Assembly (NCBI GenBank): GCA_052327205.1
Contig: CM126204.1
Location: 187,922,001 to 187,986,000 of the forward strand
Direction: 5' to 3'
Length of the DNA stretch: 64,000 nt
Origin: Somniosus microcephalus
Taxonomy: Eukaryota
Part shown: positions 24,950 through 36,777 of the stretch, in pieces
How the letters are laid out: each line of letters begins with the position of its first letter
How positions within the stretch are numbered: the first letter of the stretch is position 1
Made by a program: the position numbers and the translations under genes
The notes under the pieces: model-generated
What the model saw: only the letters and a program-made list of their open reading frames with translations
The model's database searches: none
Told to the model about the DNA's origin: nothing

Positions 24950-25252
24950 GTCAGCCTTGGTTCTCGCCTCTGAGTCAGAAGGTTGTGGGTTCAAATCCCA
25001 CACCTTGGACTCGAGCACAAAACCTAGGCTGACACTTCAGTGCAGTGCTGAAGGAGTGCTGCACGATGGTGGCCCCATCAGCCCTCTCAGGTGAACCTTA
25101 CAGATCCCATTCGAAGAATAGCAGGGGAGTTGTCCCCGGTGTCCTGGCCAAGATTTATTCATCAACTAACATCATTAAAACAGATTATCTGAACATTATC
25201 ACATTGCTGTTTGTGGGAACTTGCCGTGCGCAAATTGGCTACATTTCTTACA
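24950..25252 (+). mobile_element. tRNA-derived SINE (DeuSINE/SacSINE1-like), degenerate
   Basis: TGAGTCAGAAGGTTGTGGGTTCAAATCCC B-box head. Body shared with the other SINE copies in the window. Confidence 0.75.
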
Positions 25253-25276
25253 TTAGGCCCAATATAAATGTTTCTT

Positions 25277-25826
25277 TTAATTTGTGGAGCCTACCATCCT
25301 TTGCAGACTGGAAATGATGGGCTCCATGGTGTGCGCAGAGCCTTGTGCAATGTTGGAGGCAGACTCCTCCATGCTCCTTAACATTGCCGAGAGGCTCTCG
25401 GGTACTCTTGCCATTGCACCTTGATCGCTGAATCTATGGGCTCTCTCCCTGGGATGTGGATCTGCCATGAGTACAGCTGCTTCAGTCCTCTGGCTCCTTC
25501 TCCTTGACCTGCTGCTGCTTACTGAGGCAGCTGCGCAGCAGCAATGCTGAGCATGAGGTTCTGCAGCATCAATGAACCTCCCCTTTAAGAACTGGAAAAA
25601 GCCTATGGCAATCATGACTTACGATTAGAGTGCACCTGAAATTGGTCCACCCTTTGAGTGTAATGCCAATGAGCTTGGGCTTAAAGACTTGAATTAGCGG
25701 TCCAATCATTTCTTTGAGCAGTGAGCATGAATTTTGCGTGCAGTCTAAAGCATTAGCGCCTGGCGCTAATTCTCCAACTTTTCTAATGATACTGCCCATT
25801 CCTGGGCTATAATGAATTTCTAGCCC
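25277..25826 (-). mobile_element. Internally deleted Harbinger derivative
   Basis: End GAATTTCTAGCCC. Minus ORF MADPHPRERAHRFSD fused to a coiled-coil segment like the Myb gene C-terminus. Confidence 0.6.
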
Positions 25827-26375
25827 TGTCTACTCTATCAAAACCTTTCATAATTTTAAAGATGTATATTAGGCCACTCCTCGGCCTTCTTGACCCAGCC
25901 TGATATTTGCTCCCATGAAGCGCCTTGGGGTTTTCACTACGTTAAAAGTGCTATATAAATGCAAGTTGTTGAGTCATCATCATCATTCTTACATTACCTA
26001 AAGGCTTTCTCTTTTTTTCTCTCAAACTAACCCGAAATAAAGCTGCATTGTTTTAAACCAGATATTAAAACTGTCCAACCTAATGTTTATCTCCAGATTC
26101 CCGTTTCCAAGTTTAGCCTTGAGTTCACTTTTAAGTTATGAAAATATGTTTTTATCCTCATTATTGGAGAGTTTAGCCGTGCTTGAACGTCTGGCTCCTG
26201 GTGCTATCCAAACTCCAAAGCCTGCAACTTTGAAGGACATTTGTCCTAAAGCTTATCAAAGGCTGCCCTCAGCTGGCCATCCTTAAAATAGTTTCACAGG
26301 ACGTGCTTCCTCATACATTACATACTAGCTGGAGTGCCCGGCGGTGCCGAGGCTTTTTCTAGGGCATGTTGTTGT

Positions 26376-28135
26376 TGGAAGAGAGAGAGAGAGAGCGACT
26401 GGGGGGGGGGGAAGAGAGAGAGCGACTGCAGGGGGGGGAAGAGAGAGAGCGACTGGGGGGGGAAGAGAGAGAGCGACTGGGGGGGAAGAGAGAGCGACGG
26501 GGGGAAGAGAGAGAGCGACTGGGGGGGAAGAGAGAGAGCGACGGGGGGGAAGAGAGAGAGCGACTGGGGGGGGAAGAGAGCGACTGGGGGGGAAGAGAGA
26601 GAGCGACTGGGGGAAGAGAGAGCGACTGGGGGGGAAGAGAGAGAGCGACGGGGGGAAGAGAGAGAGCAACTGGGGGGGAAGAGAGAGCAACTGGGGGGGG
26701 AAGCGAGAGAGCGACTGGGGGGGAAGAAAGAGAGCGACGGGGGGGGAAGAGAGAGAGCGACTGGGGGGGAAGAGAGAGCGACTGGGGGGAAGAGAGCGAC
26801 TGGGGGGGAAGAGAGAGAGCGACTGGGGGGGGAAGAGAGAGAGCGACTGGGGGGAAGAGAGATAGCGACTGGGGGGGAAGAGAGAGCGTGACTGGGGGGG
26901 AAGAGAGAGCGACTGGGGGGAGAGAGAGCGACTGGGGGGGAAGAGAGAGAGGGACTGGGGGGGAAGAGTGAGAGCGACTGGGGGGGAAGAGAGAGAGTGA
27001 CTGGGGGGGAAGAGAGTGACTGGGGCGAAGAGAGAGAGACTGGGGGGAAGAGAGAGAGCGACTGGGGGGGAAGAGAGAGCGATGGGGGGGAAGAGAGAGA
27101 GAGCGACTGGGGGGAAGAGAGAGAGAGAGCGACTGGGGGGGAAGATAGAGAGAGCGACTGGGGGGGAAGAGAGAGAGACAGCGACTGGGAGGGAAGAGAG
27201 AAAGAGAGCGACGGGGGGAAGAGAGAGAGAGAGCGACTGGGGGGAAGAGAGAGAGAGCGACTGGGGGGGAAGAGAGAGAGAGCGACTGGGGGGGAAGAGA
27301 GAGAGAGAGTGACTGGGGGGAAGAGAGAGAGAGAGCGACGGGGGGGAAGAGAGAGAGCGACTGGGGGGGAAGAGAGAGAGCGACTGGGGGGGAAGAGAGA
27401 GCGCGACGGGGGGAAGAGAGAGCGCGATGGGGGAAGAGAGAGCGCGACTGGGAGGGAAAAGAGCGCGACTGGGGGGAAGAGAGCGTGACTGGGGGGGAAG
27501 AGAGAGCGCGACTGGGGGGAAGAGAGAGCGCGACTGGGGGGGAAGAGAGAGCGCGACTGGGAGGGAAGAGAGAGAGAGAGCGACGGGGGGAAGAGAGAGA
27601 GAGAGCGACTGGGGGGGAAGAGAGAGAGAGAGCGACTGGGGGGGAAGAGAGAGAGAGAGCGACGGGGGGAAGAGAGAGAGCAACTGGGGGGAAGAGAGAG
27701 AGCGACTGGGGGGGAAGAGAGAGAGTGACTGGGGGGGAAGAGAGAGAGCGACTGGGGGGAAGAGAGAAAGCGACTGGGGGGAAGAGAAAGAGCGACTGGG
27801 GGGAAGAGAGAGAGTGACTGGGGGGGAAGAGAGAGTGTGACGGGGGGGAAGAGAGAGCGCGACTGGGGGAGAAGAGAGAGCGCGACTGGGGGGGAAGAGA
27901 GAGCGCGACTGGGGGGGAAGAGAGTGCGCGACGGGGGAAGAGAGAGCGTGACTGGGAGGGAAGAGAGCGCGACTGGGGGGAAGAGAGCGCGACTGGGGGG
28001 GAAGAGAGAGCGCGACTGGGGGGGAAGAGAGAGCGCGACTGGGGGGGAAGAGAGAGAGCGATTGGGGGGAAGAGAGAGAGCGACTGGGGGTGAAGAGAGA
28101 GAGCGACTGGGGGGGAAGAGAGAGAGCAACTGGGA
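26376..28135. repeat. Purine-rich minisatellite (G6-8 AAGAGAGAGAGCGACT)n, ~20-28-bp units
   Basis: Directly visible, inside Helitron copy 2. Confidence 0.95.
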
Positions 28136-28319
28136 GGGGAGGGGGAGGGGAAGGGGAGAGCGGGGGAGGGGGAGGGAGGGTGGGGAGGAGGGGGGAGGGG
28201 AGGGTGTGAGGGGGAAGGGGGAGAGGAGGCGGAGGGGGAGGGGAGAGGGAGCGGGGGGGAGGGGAGGAAGGGGAAGGGGGAGGGGAGGGGGGGAGGGGAG
28301 GGAGCCCCCCGAGCACCGC

Positions 28320-29015
28320 CCGCCCGATCTCCCGAGGCTCCCCCCCACAATCTCCCGAAGCTCCCCCCCCCGATCTCCCGAGGCTCCCCCCACCCCCGAT
28401 CTCCCGAGGCTCCACCCCCCCGATCTCCCGAGCCTCCCCCCCCCGCCGATCTCCCAAGCCCCGCCCCCCGATCTCCCGAGCCCTGCCCCCCGATCTCCCG
28501 AGCCCCGCCCCCCCCGATCTCCCGAGCCCCGCCCCCCGGATCTCCCGAGGCTCGCCCCCCCCCCCGAGGCTCGCCCTCCACCCCCCGCGATCTCCCGAGG
28601 CTCGCCCCCCCCTGATCTTCCGAGGCTCGCCCCCCCCCGATCTCCCGAGGCTCGCCCCCCCCCGATCTCCCGAGGCTCGCCCCCCCCGATCTCCCGAGGC
28701 TCGCCCCCCCCCCGATCTCCCGAGGCTCGCCCCCCCCCGATCTCCCGAGGCTCGCCCCCCCCCGATCTCCCGAGGCTCGCCCCCCCCCGATCACCCGAGG
28801 CTCGCCCCCCCCCGATCTCCCGAGGCTCGCCCCCCCCCAATCTCCCGAAGCTCGCCCCCCCCATCACCCGAAGCTCGGCCCCCCCCGATCTCCCGAGGCT
28901 CGCCCCCCCCGATCTTCCGAGGCTCACCACCCCCCGCGATCTCCCGAGGCTCGCCCCCCCCCGATCTCCGAGGCTCGCCCCCCCCGATCTCCGGAGGCCC
29001 GATCTCCCGAGCCCC
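28320..29015. repeat. C-rich minisatellite (CCCCCCCGATCTCCCGAGGCTCG)n, ~22-24-bp units
   Basis: Directly visible, inside Helitron copy 2. Confidence 0.95.
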
Positions 29016-29944
29016 GCCCGAGCCGGCTTCAAGAGCAGAGAGACCCCGCCCCCCACCCGAGCCGGCTTCAAGAGCAGAGAGAGAGACCCCGCCCTCCGCC
29101 CGAGCCGGCTTCAAGGGCAGAGAGAGAGAGAGACGCCGCCGCGCAACCTACCGCGTGAGGCCGGGTCGGACTCAAGTCGTGCGCGCTGACTCTTGCCCAA
29201 TCCGCCTTTACTAAGATGGCGGCAGTAGCGACGCTCGGCTGAGTCCCGCCCCTCCAGCCTTCACAAAGATGGCGGCGATCGGGGGCCACTTGTTGACTGG
29301 GGCCGGGAGGTGCCTAGCTCGGGCGTGGGTGCGGAGGAGAGGCCGAGGCTTCGAGGCCTACAAAAACGGTGAAAGGTAGGAAAATTATAGAGGTTAGACA
29401 AAAGATTGACAAATTAATTAACTTTTATTTAAAACAATTTGTCTTTTAAAAGCAACTTTTTTTTTTGCTGGAAATGTATATTTGAAAAGAAAGGCGCAGA
29501 ATGCGGGAAAAAGAATGGAAGCAAGATGGCAGCGACTCACCTCGGTTCAGAACGATAAGGCCCGCCCACACACGCACCGATTGGTCGACCGTCAGGTCAC
29601 CAAAGCGTAGGATTGGTCAATCGTCCCATCACTCAACTGTAGGAGGGCCCGGCCGCACGCGCCAGGAACCCGGCGTACGATTGTTCGACCTCGAGGTCAC
29701 TCTATCGCTAATGAGCGGATAATGAGATGCTAATGAGCGGAATATTGAACGTTTTTTGGATACCGCGGGCGCAATTTTTGTCCGGCCGAAATGTCAATAC
29801 GCTTACGACCGTTTCGGAACGGTAAGCTTTCTTTCGACGTAACGCACGCGTAGGTACGCTCTATAACTTTCGAGCGCATAGCTGGACAGACGCACACCGG
29901 AGGACAGACAGACAGACAGAGCGACCCGTTTATATATATAGATA

Positions 29945-30206
29945 CTAGCTGGGGGAGCCTGGCTTTGCCAGGGCTGTTTTGGGGCGGGCGGTTTAAATCG
30001 AGTGCCAGGCTTTGGGGCCCTGTCTGTGTCCCTTTGTGAATCTGGTGCCGGGCAACATTTTAAATCGAGTCCCAGGCTTTAGGGCCCTGTCTGTGTCCCT
30101 TTGTGAATCTGCTGCTGGGCAAGATTTCTACCTTTTAATACCTTGAAAGATGAAAGTGAAAGTACTTATAAAACGTTTTTGGTAAATCTTATGTTATTTT
30201 TAAAAG
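29945..30206 (-). mobile_element. 3' end of a second Helitron family, running into the gap
   Basis: A|CTAG at 29945 with hairpin CCTGGC-TTT-GCCAGG. Internal ~65-bp tandem duplication at 29992-30120. Confidence 0.7.
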
Positions 30207-30706
30207 NNNNNNNNNNNNNNNNNNNNNNNNNNNNNNNNNNNNNNNNNNNNNNNNNNNNNNNNNNNNNNNNNNNNNNNNNNNNNNNNNNNNNNNNNNNNNN
30301 NNNNNNNNNNNNNNNNNNNNNNNNNNNNNNNNNNNNNNNNNNNNNNNNNNNNNNNNNNNNNNNNNNNNNNNNNNNNNNNNNNNNNNNNNNNNNNNNNNNN
30401 NNNNNNNNNNNNNNNNNNNNNNNNNNNNNNNNNNNNNNNNNNNNNNNNNNNNNNNNNNNNNNNNNNNNNNNNNNNNNNNNNNNNNNNNNNNNNNNNNNNN
30501 NNNNNNNNNNNNNNNNNNNNNNNNNNNNNNNNNNNNNNNNNNNNNNNNNNNNNNNNNNNNNNNNNNNNNNNNNNNNNNNNNNNNNNNNNNNNNNNNNNNN
30601 NNNNNNNNNNNNNNNNNNNNNNNNNNNNNNNNNNNNNNNNNNNNNNNNNNNNNNNNNNNNNNNNNNNNNNNNNNNNNNNNNNNNNNNNNNNNNNNNNNNN
30701 NNNNNN
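30207..30706. other. Assembly gap (500 N)
   Basis: Run of N. Confidence 1.
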
Positions 30707-30979
30707 TTAATGAAAATGCAAAAAAATTTAAAATGCTGCTCTGCATGTAAAATTGCTTTGCAGCTTGTGTTAAAAATTGGGGGCGTGGCCTATGTTAAGG
30801 AGACCTCAAGGGGCGTGTCTAACTTAGACTCCGCGCTCGAGGCTTCGCGCTGGCTGCACTCCTGGGTGGCGTGACGTCAGACGCTGCCCGGGAGTAATCA
30901 ACTGAAAACAGGAATTGCAAGCACCCCGGGAGCAGAACGGCAGGCGCGCGTGCAAGCCCCCGAACCTAATTTCTGGGCC
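30707..30979. mobile_element. Right end of a Harbinger-type MITE
   Basis: Ends in AATTTCTGGGCC, identical to the outer TIR at 14912-14923. Confidence 0.65.
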
Positions 30980-31390
30980 ATGGGGTTTTATAAATATGGG
31001 CATGAAGTACAAGAGTAAAGAGGGAGTAATATATTTGTACACGGCAATGGTTAAGCCACAATAAAGGATTAGGTGCAGTTTCAGGCACCCCATTCGAGAA
31101 AGGCCATTGAAGCCAGAGAGAGCATACAGCATAGATACACCAGGATGATGCCAGGGATGGGAAACTATAGTTATGAAGAGAGGTTTGAGATACTGGGACT
31201 ATTCCCACAGCAGCGGAGAAGGCTTAGCAGAGATCCAATACAGATTTCTTAAATTATGTAAAATTTTGATAGGTGAATAGGAAAAGACTATTTGCTCTGG
31301 TTGGAGAAAATGATGAGGGGTCATCAATTTAAAACCATCGCTAAGATAATGAGGAGAGGGGTTATAGAAGTTGAAACGGGGGGGGGGTGG

Positions 31391-32060
31391 GGGGGATTTT
31401 AACCTCCAAAAACAGATGGGTTTGGTTTGGGTGGGAGGTCAAAAAGCTAAAAATCTGAAATAGGAACTGAACCCTCCCATTTCTGGTTTTAACGGAGGTG
31501 GAACAAGGGGCGGGCGGCCAATCCGTTCGCAGGAGGCAGATTAGTCATTTAAATATTTTAATCAGGCTGCCTGCCTTCATTTTAAGTGTGATTCTATATT
31601 TAACAACAGGCAGCCGGGCTTCCCTGGCCTCGGGAAACCCAACAGGTGAAAGGAGGTGAGAAGAGCTGAATCCATGAGGTAAATGCCTTTACAGCACTAC
31701 CTGTGGGCCAGGAAGAGCAGGAGTGTTTCCTCCAGGCCCCACAAGCTACCCAGTAAACCGCACCCCCCCACCCCGACCACTATCTGCATCACCCCAACCC
31801 CCCGAACACCATCTGCACCCTCCTGCTATCGGAACCCCCACCCCAAATCTCTTCCACCCACCTGGTAGACTTACCTGCTCTCAGCCCAGCTCAGCTGCAG
31901 TCTTGTGCTCGAGGATTTCCCACTGGACAAGCCGCCAGCCTGCCAATCAGGCTGTCTGTGGGCGGGAAACCTTCGGGAAATCCGTACTTCTAGGTTTCCC
32001 GGCCTCAAAAGCAGCCCCCCCGCCCCCACCACCCCCAGTCTCCGAGCTAATATCCAGCCC
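31391..32060. mobile_element. Harbinger-like MITE in an old CR1 3' remnant (30980-32230)
   Basis: GGGGGATTTTAAC...GCTAATATCCAGCCCC ends. Homologous to 16885-17174. Confidence 0.6.
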
Positions 32061-32712
32061 CATGGAATTCCTCATCACAAGGAGTGTCGAGGCGGAGACC
32101 ATTGCAGCTCTTCAGGGAAAATTATATACAAATAAATATTTAAAGCAGAGCAAGATACACAGCTGCGGGGAGAGAGAAGTGCAATGTGATGAGTTTTGGA
32201 TTGCTTAAGCTAAGAGTCAACACAGACACAATTGTTCCTTAGACACGTAAACAGGACACATACAAAGTTATTGAGTGCAGCTATTTTCTAAGAGGATGGT
32301 AATAGGGACACTTTTGAAATGTGTGTCACACTTGGGGTAGGCACAGTGATCCACTATATTTCCAAAATGAAAGGGGCACATGGCTGATTTCACTTTGCTT
32401 TTTCAAAATGATCTCAAGTGTCCACTGTGGATAGAGGAAAACACAAGTTGTTCAAATTAAGCTGAAAGTATTCCTAAAATTGTTGATAAGTTAATGCTTC
32501 AAAATGGATGGTCGGCCGCACAACTCAAACCACTCTTGCTTTTTTTCCCTCGGGGGGGGGGGGGGGGGGGGGGGCGCGGTTGGGGAGAAAGACATGATGA
32601 AAACTTGGGAGAACATGGGGTTTCTTCACAAAACCCTTTTCACACATTCCACACTTTCTGCTTCTATAGGGTAGAGTTCCACAACTCTTGATTCTCAGTT
32701 AGAATAGCTTAC

Positions 32713-32835
32713 GATAGATTGGCAGATTCCGGAATGTTCCGTCGTTCTCGCTGATTCAGGCGCTTGTAAAAGAAGGAGCTGAAAATGTGCACTCTATCTG
32801 CATCCTGCTGTTGGATCTTCTCAAGCACTAAATAC
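32713..32835 (-). CDS. SENP6: SENP6 coding exon, 123 bp (peptidase C48 domain)
   Basis: [40 protein letters not shown] closely matches SENP6 [26 protein letters not shown] acceptor, GTAAGC donor, phase 2/2. Confidence 0.96.
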
Positions 32836-33534
32836 CTGCAGAGTTACAAAGAATGGGTCAGGACCAAACATGAAAAAACTAACAATTTAATCCTCATTCT
32901 TTGTGGCAAAGTTACCTCGGCACACAATGCTCTCATGCCAGATATCTGAATAGTGTAAATATGGAACTCAGGCCTTCCAGTTCTTGATGTCATGTCCTGG
33001 GATAAAGATCATCACCTCACAATATTTCTATAACTTTGACCAATACAGTTAATTGACAAGTGCACCTATGGGATAATTTAACAAATGACTTCAGAAGACA
33101 ATCTACATTTCTTCCCTCATTTTAGATCTCCTCACATATAGTTGGAAATATTTATTAATTCTACAAATAGCTAAAATAAAGATTAATCTTGAAGTTTACT
33201 TTTCTGTAAGTTCTATTTTTTTTTGGCTTTTCCTCCTGGGGGGGGGGGGGGGGGGAGAAAGAGAAGAGAGGGGGACTTGTAGCTTGATCAGAAGCTGCTT
33301 GCATTCCTCAGCAAACATTACACGCGTTGATGGGTGCGCAGCATCTAAAGGATCGCCCATGGATTGTTTGCAGAATTCGCCAAAACAAGCATTAGAAGAG
33401 ATTCAACATCCAAATGTGGCAAGCATACAATGCAACTGAAATCGGTCACAACCGGAAGCCATCTGCGCCACTGGCTTTCTTTTACTTAAGAATTTAGTTT
33501 CTTTCACAGACAGCTTTTCCCCCCGCTTGCTTCA

Positions 33535-34010
33535 ATGGCTGACACACTCCAGTGAGCCAGAAAAGTCCCACTCCAGCACCTGTGCATATAATCTAAAATG
33601 ACATTAGTGTACAGCACTGAGGGAGTGATGCACTGTCGGAGGGGGTGTCTTTGGCATGAGATATTAAGCCGATTAATAGTCTGCTTTTTCTGGTTGCTCA
33701 AGTGGTTGTTAAAAATCCCATCGCAATGTTTGAAAAATTTAACTGGTGCCTTGGCCAACATTCCTTCCAACTGCTAAAACAGATCAGGTCATGAATTTCA
33801 TTGCTGCTTGTGGGACCTGTATGTAAAAAGACCACCCGATTTGCCTACAGGAAGCAATTCAGTGTATGTAAAATGTTTTGAGATGTTTGAGAAGGCATTG
33901 TGTAAATTAGTGACTATACTTCGAAAGTACTTCATTGGCTGGAAAGCAGTTAGGGTGTCCTGAGGCCGTGAAAGTCACTATATAAATGCAAGTTCTGTCT
34001 TTCTTTTCTT
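33535..34010 (+). mobile_element. Degenerate DeuSINE-like SINE
   Basis: CAGCACTGAGGGAGTGATGCACTGTCGGAG core and TATATAAATGCAAG tail. Confidence 0.65.
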
Positions 34011-35103
34011 TCTATAAATGTAAGCCTTTCTTTAACTTTTTTTCAAATTCACCAATGAAGAAGCCTCCTAGTATTGGAATTACTGCGCAATTTCAGTCAT
34101 TTGACAGTAACCCAATTTATGTATAAAACAAAGTACAGGGCAAAAATCAGGTGCCGTTTTCGTTAGGGTTTTTTTTCTTCTTGTTGCTTTTTTCCTCAAC
34201 AGTCAAGCTCTGCTGAAGCTGTTGCTAAGCTACAGAGACGCTTGGACTGTTTAGAAGCTGGCAACAGGGTTTGTTGACAGATACGGAGCTCAGAAGCTTC
34301 CATATCTTTCAACATTAGCGCTGGAGTGTCCGGCAGTTTTGAGGGAACGGCAACAGCTCGGTCCCATCGGTGCCGGATAGCACAAAGTTTCCTGTACATT
34401 TCAAGAGTTTTCAGATAGTGCCACCCAGTGGCAAGAATTATGCACTACTACAGATGGGTAAAATGATAGTAAAGCACTGCAAAATTGGACTATTACAGGG
34501 GACAATTTTCAAACAAGTTTATTTTGAATCTGGATTGGCAGTGGTATTATCTCAGCCTTGTTTTCACAAACCTGAGTTTTCACATTATTTATCTGGTGCT
34601 CCGTTTGGCTGTTTGCATTGCAGAATGTGTTGATCTCCACGATCATATTCTGGATGGTTTTGAGAGAGTTTACTTTGAACTTTATTTTCGCTGTCACCAA
34701 GTCAGTGTCCTGGGGCTCTATTAGCTAGCTCATGCTGGGTCGCATGGGCGACAGCACCAGGAAGTTTGTGGTAGGGGGCTGGTTTAGCACTTGATCCAGA
34801 GATTTCTGCATTCTTGGGTGGGACGACGTCAGTGGGTTGGGAGATGCTCTGGTGCTGTTTTCAATTTCAATTTTATTTCTCCACATAACCAAATACAACA
34901 AGTGAAATCCAGTCAGTGAAATGCTTTTTTCTTAACGAGCCGAGTGCACCAAGCAGCAAAGGACACTTAGCTGCTGGGTATGCACGGAGCCTGCAAGGAC
35001 GGCAGCCATCTTCATCGGCGCCATCACAATAGGGTCCGCTCGCGCCTCGCTCCGCCTTTCCCTCACTTCTGCCCGACAATCTTCAGCCGCCGTGGTACCG
35101 ATG

Positions 35104-35114
35104 CCATCTACTGG
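35104..35114 (-). promoter_or_regulatory. Candidate CTCF motif
   Basis: Minus strand GCCCAGTAGATGGCA matches the CTCF core CCAGYAGRKGGC. Motif match only. Confidence 0.35.
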
Positions 35115-35242
35115 GCCGACAGCGACTCTTTAATGTCCTCTCCATGGCGCTGGTGACTCTAATAGCCTGCGTGTCTCCTCCACACACCTGGCCTGCACAT
35201 TACCCCTGGCTGTCCCACTTGGCGTCCTGGTAACCGGGTTCC

Positions 35243-35728
35243 TCTCCGGCTCTCGCTCCTTCAAACTGCTCTCTCCAGCTCTCGCTCCTTCAAACTGCTC
35301 TCTCCAGCTCTCGCTCCTTCAAACTGCTCTCTCCAGCTCTCGCTCCTTCAAACTGCTCTCTCCAGCTCTCGCTCCTTCAAACTGCTCTCTCCAGCTCTCG
35401 CTCCTTCAAACTGCTCTCTCCAGCTCTCGCTCCTTCAAACTGCTCTCTCCAGCTCTCGCTCCTTCAAACTGCTCTCTCCAGCTCTCGCTCCTTCAAACTG
35501 CTCTCTCCAGCTCTCGCTCCTTCAAACTGCTCTCTCCGGCTCTCGCTCCTTTCAAACTGTTCTCTCCGGCTCTCGCTCCTTCAAACTGCTCTCTCCGGCT
35601 CTCGCTCCTTCAAACTGTTCTCTCCAGCTCTGGCTCCTTCAAACTGTCCTCTCCAGCTCTCGCTCCTTCAAACTGTCCTCTCCAGCTCTCGCTCCTTTCA
35701 AACTGTTCTCTCCAGCTCTCGCTCCTTT
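35243..35728. repeat. 29-bp minisatellite (CTCTCGCTCCTTCAAACTGCTCTCTCCAG)n, ~17 copies
   Basis: Directly visible. Central units are identical. Confidence 0.97.
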
Positions 35729-35804
35729 CCTCCTTTTTGGCGGTGCGGCTTTGCGCTGCTGTTTTCATGCCCCGAGTATCCCTGGAAATTGTTTCACCAA
35801 GCCT

Positions 35805-36228
35805 CGGGTCAGAAGATTGTGGGTTCAAGTCCCACTCCAGGGACTTGAGCACAAAATCTAGGCTGGCACTCCAGTGCAGTACTGAGTGAGTGCTGCACTG
35901 TCGGAGGTGCTGTCTTTCAGAGGAAACGTTAAACCTGCCTGCGCTCTCAGGTGGATGCAAAAGATCCCATGGCACTATTTCGAAAAGGAGAAGGGGAGTT
36001 ATCCCCAGTGTCCTGGTCAATATTCATCCCTCAATCAATATAACAAAAACAGATTATCTAGTCATTATCACATTGTTGTTTGTGGGAGCTTGCTGTGCGC
36101 AAATTGGCTGCCTCGTTTCCCATATTACAATAGTGACTACACTCCAAAAGTATTTAATTGGCTGTAAAGTTTTTGAGTTGTTCGGTGGTCGTGAAAAGCG
36201 TTATATAAACGTAAGTCTCTCTTTCTTC
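35805..36228 (+). mobile_element. DeuSINE/SacSINE1-like SINE
   Basis: GTGGGTTCAAGTCCCACTCCAG B-box, CAGTGCAGTACTGAG...GCACTGTCGGAGGTGC core and L2-like tail. Confidence 0.82.
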
Positions 36229-36777
36229 AAGCCAGCATTGATGAATGCACCTTATTTTTTGGGATGTGTGGGGACTGTGCAGATGGACAGCTTCCTGGTT
36301 GTATGGCTTGGGGTCCCGCAGTGTGCATATGAGGGCGGGGGGGGGGGGTGGTGAACCTCTGGATACCTGTTGTGGGGTCTGTTTTGGAGCTCCTTACCTA
36401 CCAGGGTGCATAGGTTACCTTGACTAACAACCTCAATAATCTCAGCAACATAAACAAACATTCAGCCCCATTAATTCAGAGTAAAAAAAAACAAAAGTTT
36501 CTTGCATTCGTGGAAATTATCACGTAAAATGGAGTATTGCTCGTTGTAAACCTTATTATTGGAGCTAAATGGATTGCCATCCACCTCTCTGAATGTTAAG
36601 TGCTCAAGGGGTGTAATAGGTTGTTAGGCATCACCTTACAGCTCAGTCAGGCACTTGAAAAGGCATTAGAAAGACAAAAAAAAGGTGATTTAAACGCAGC
36701 TCCAAAATGGAAGGAAAAGCAATGAAATGGGCAGAGGAGACAAGAACATAAAGTTGAGGATGAGAAATGACCATTCG

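Larger units (their letters stand above)
26325..29942 (-). mobile_element. Non-autonomous Helitron (copy 2), expanded by minisatellites
   Basis: Minus strand reads A|TCTATATA...CTAG|T, with the same subterminal hairpin. Terminal regions align with 13417-14597. Confidence 0.88.

Noticed and set aside
26318-29189. Long Pro/Ser- and Gly/Arg/Glu-rich ORFs (up to 917 aa)
   Set aside because: Artefacts of stop-free minisatellites, open in several frames on both strands.
30143-30874. ORFs spanning the N run
   Set aside because: Assembly gap artefact.
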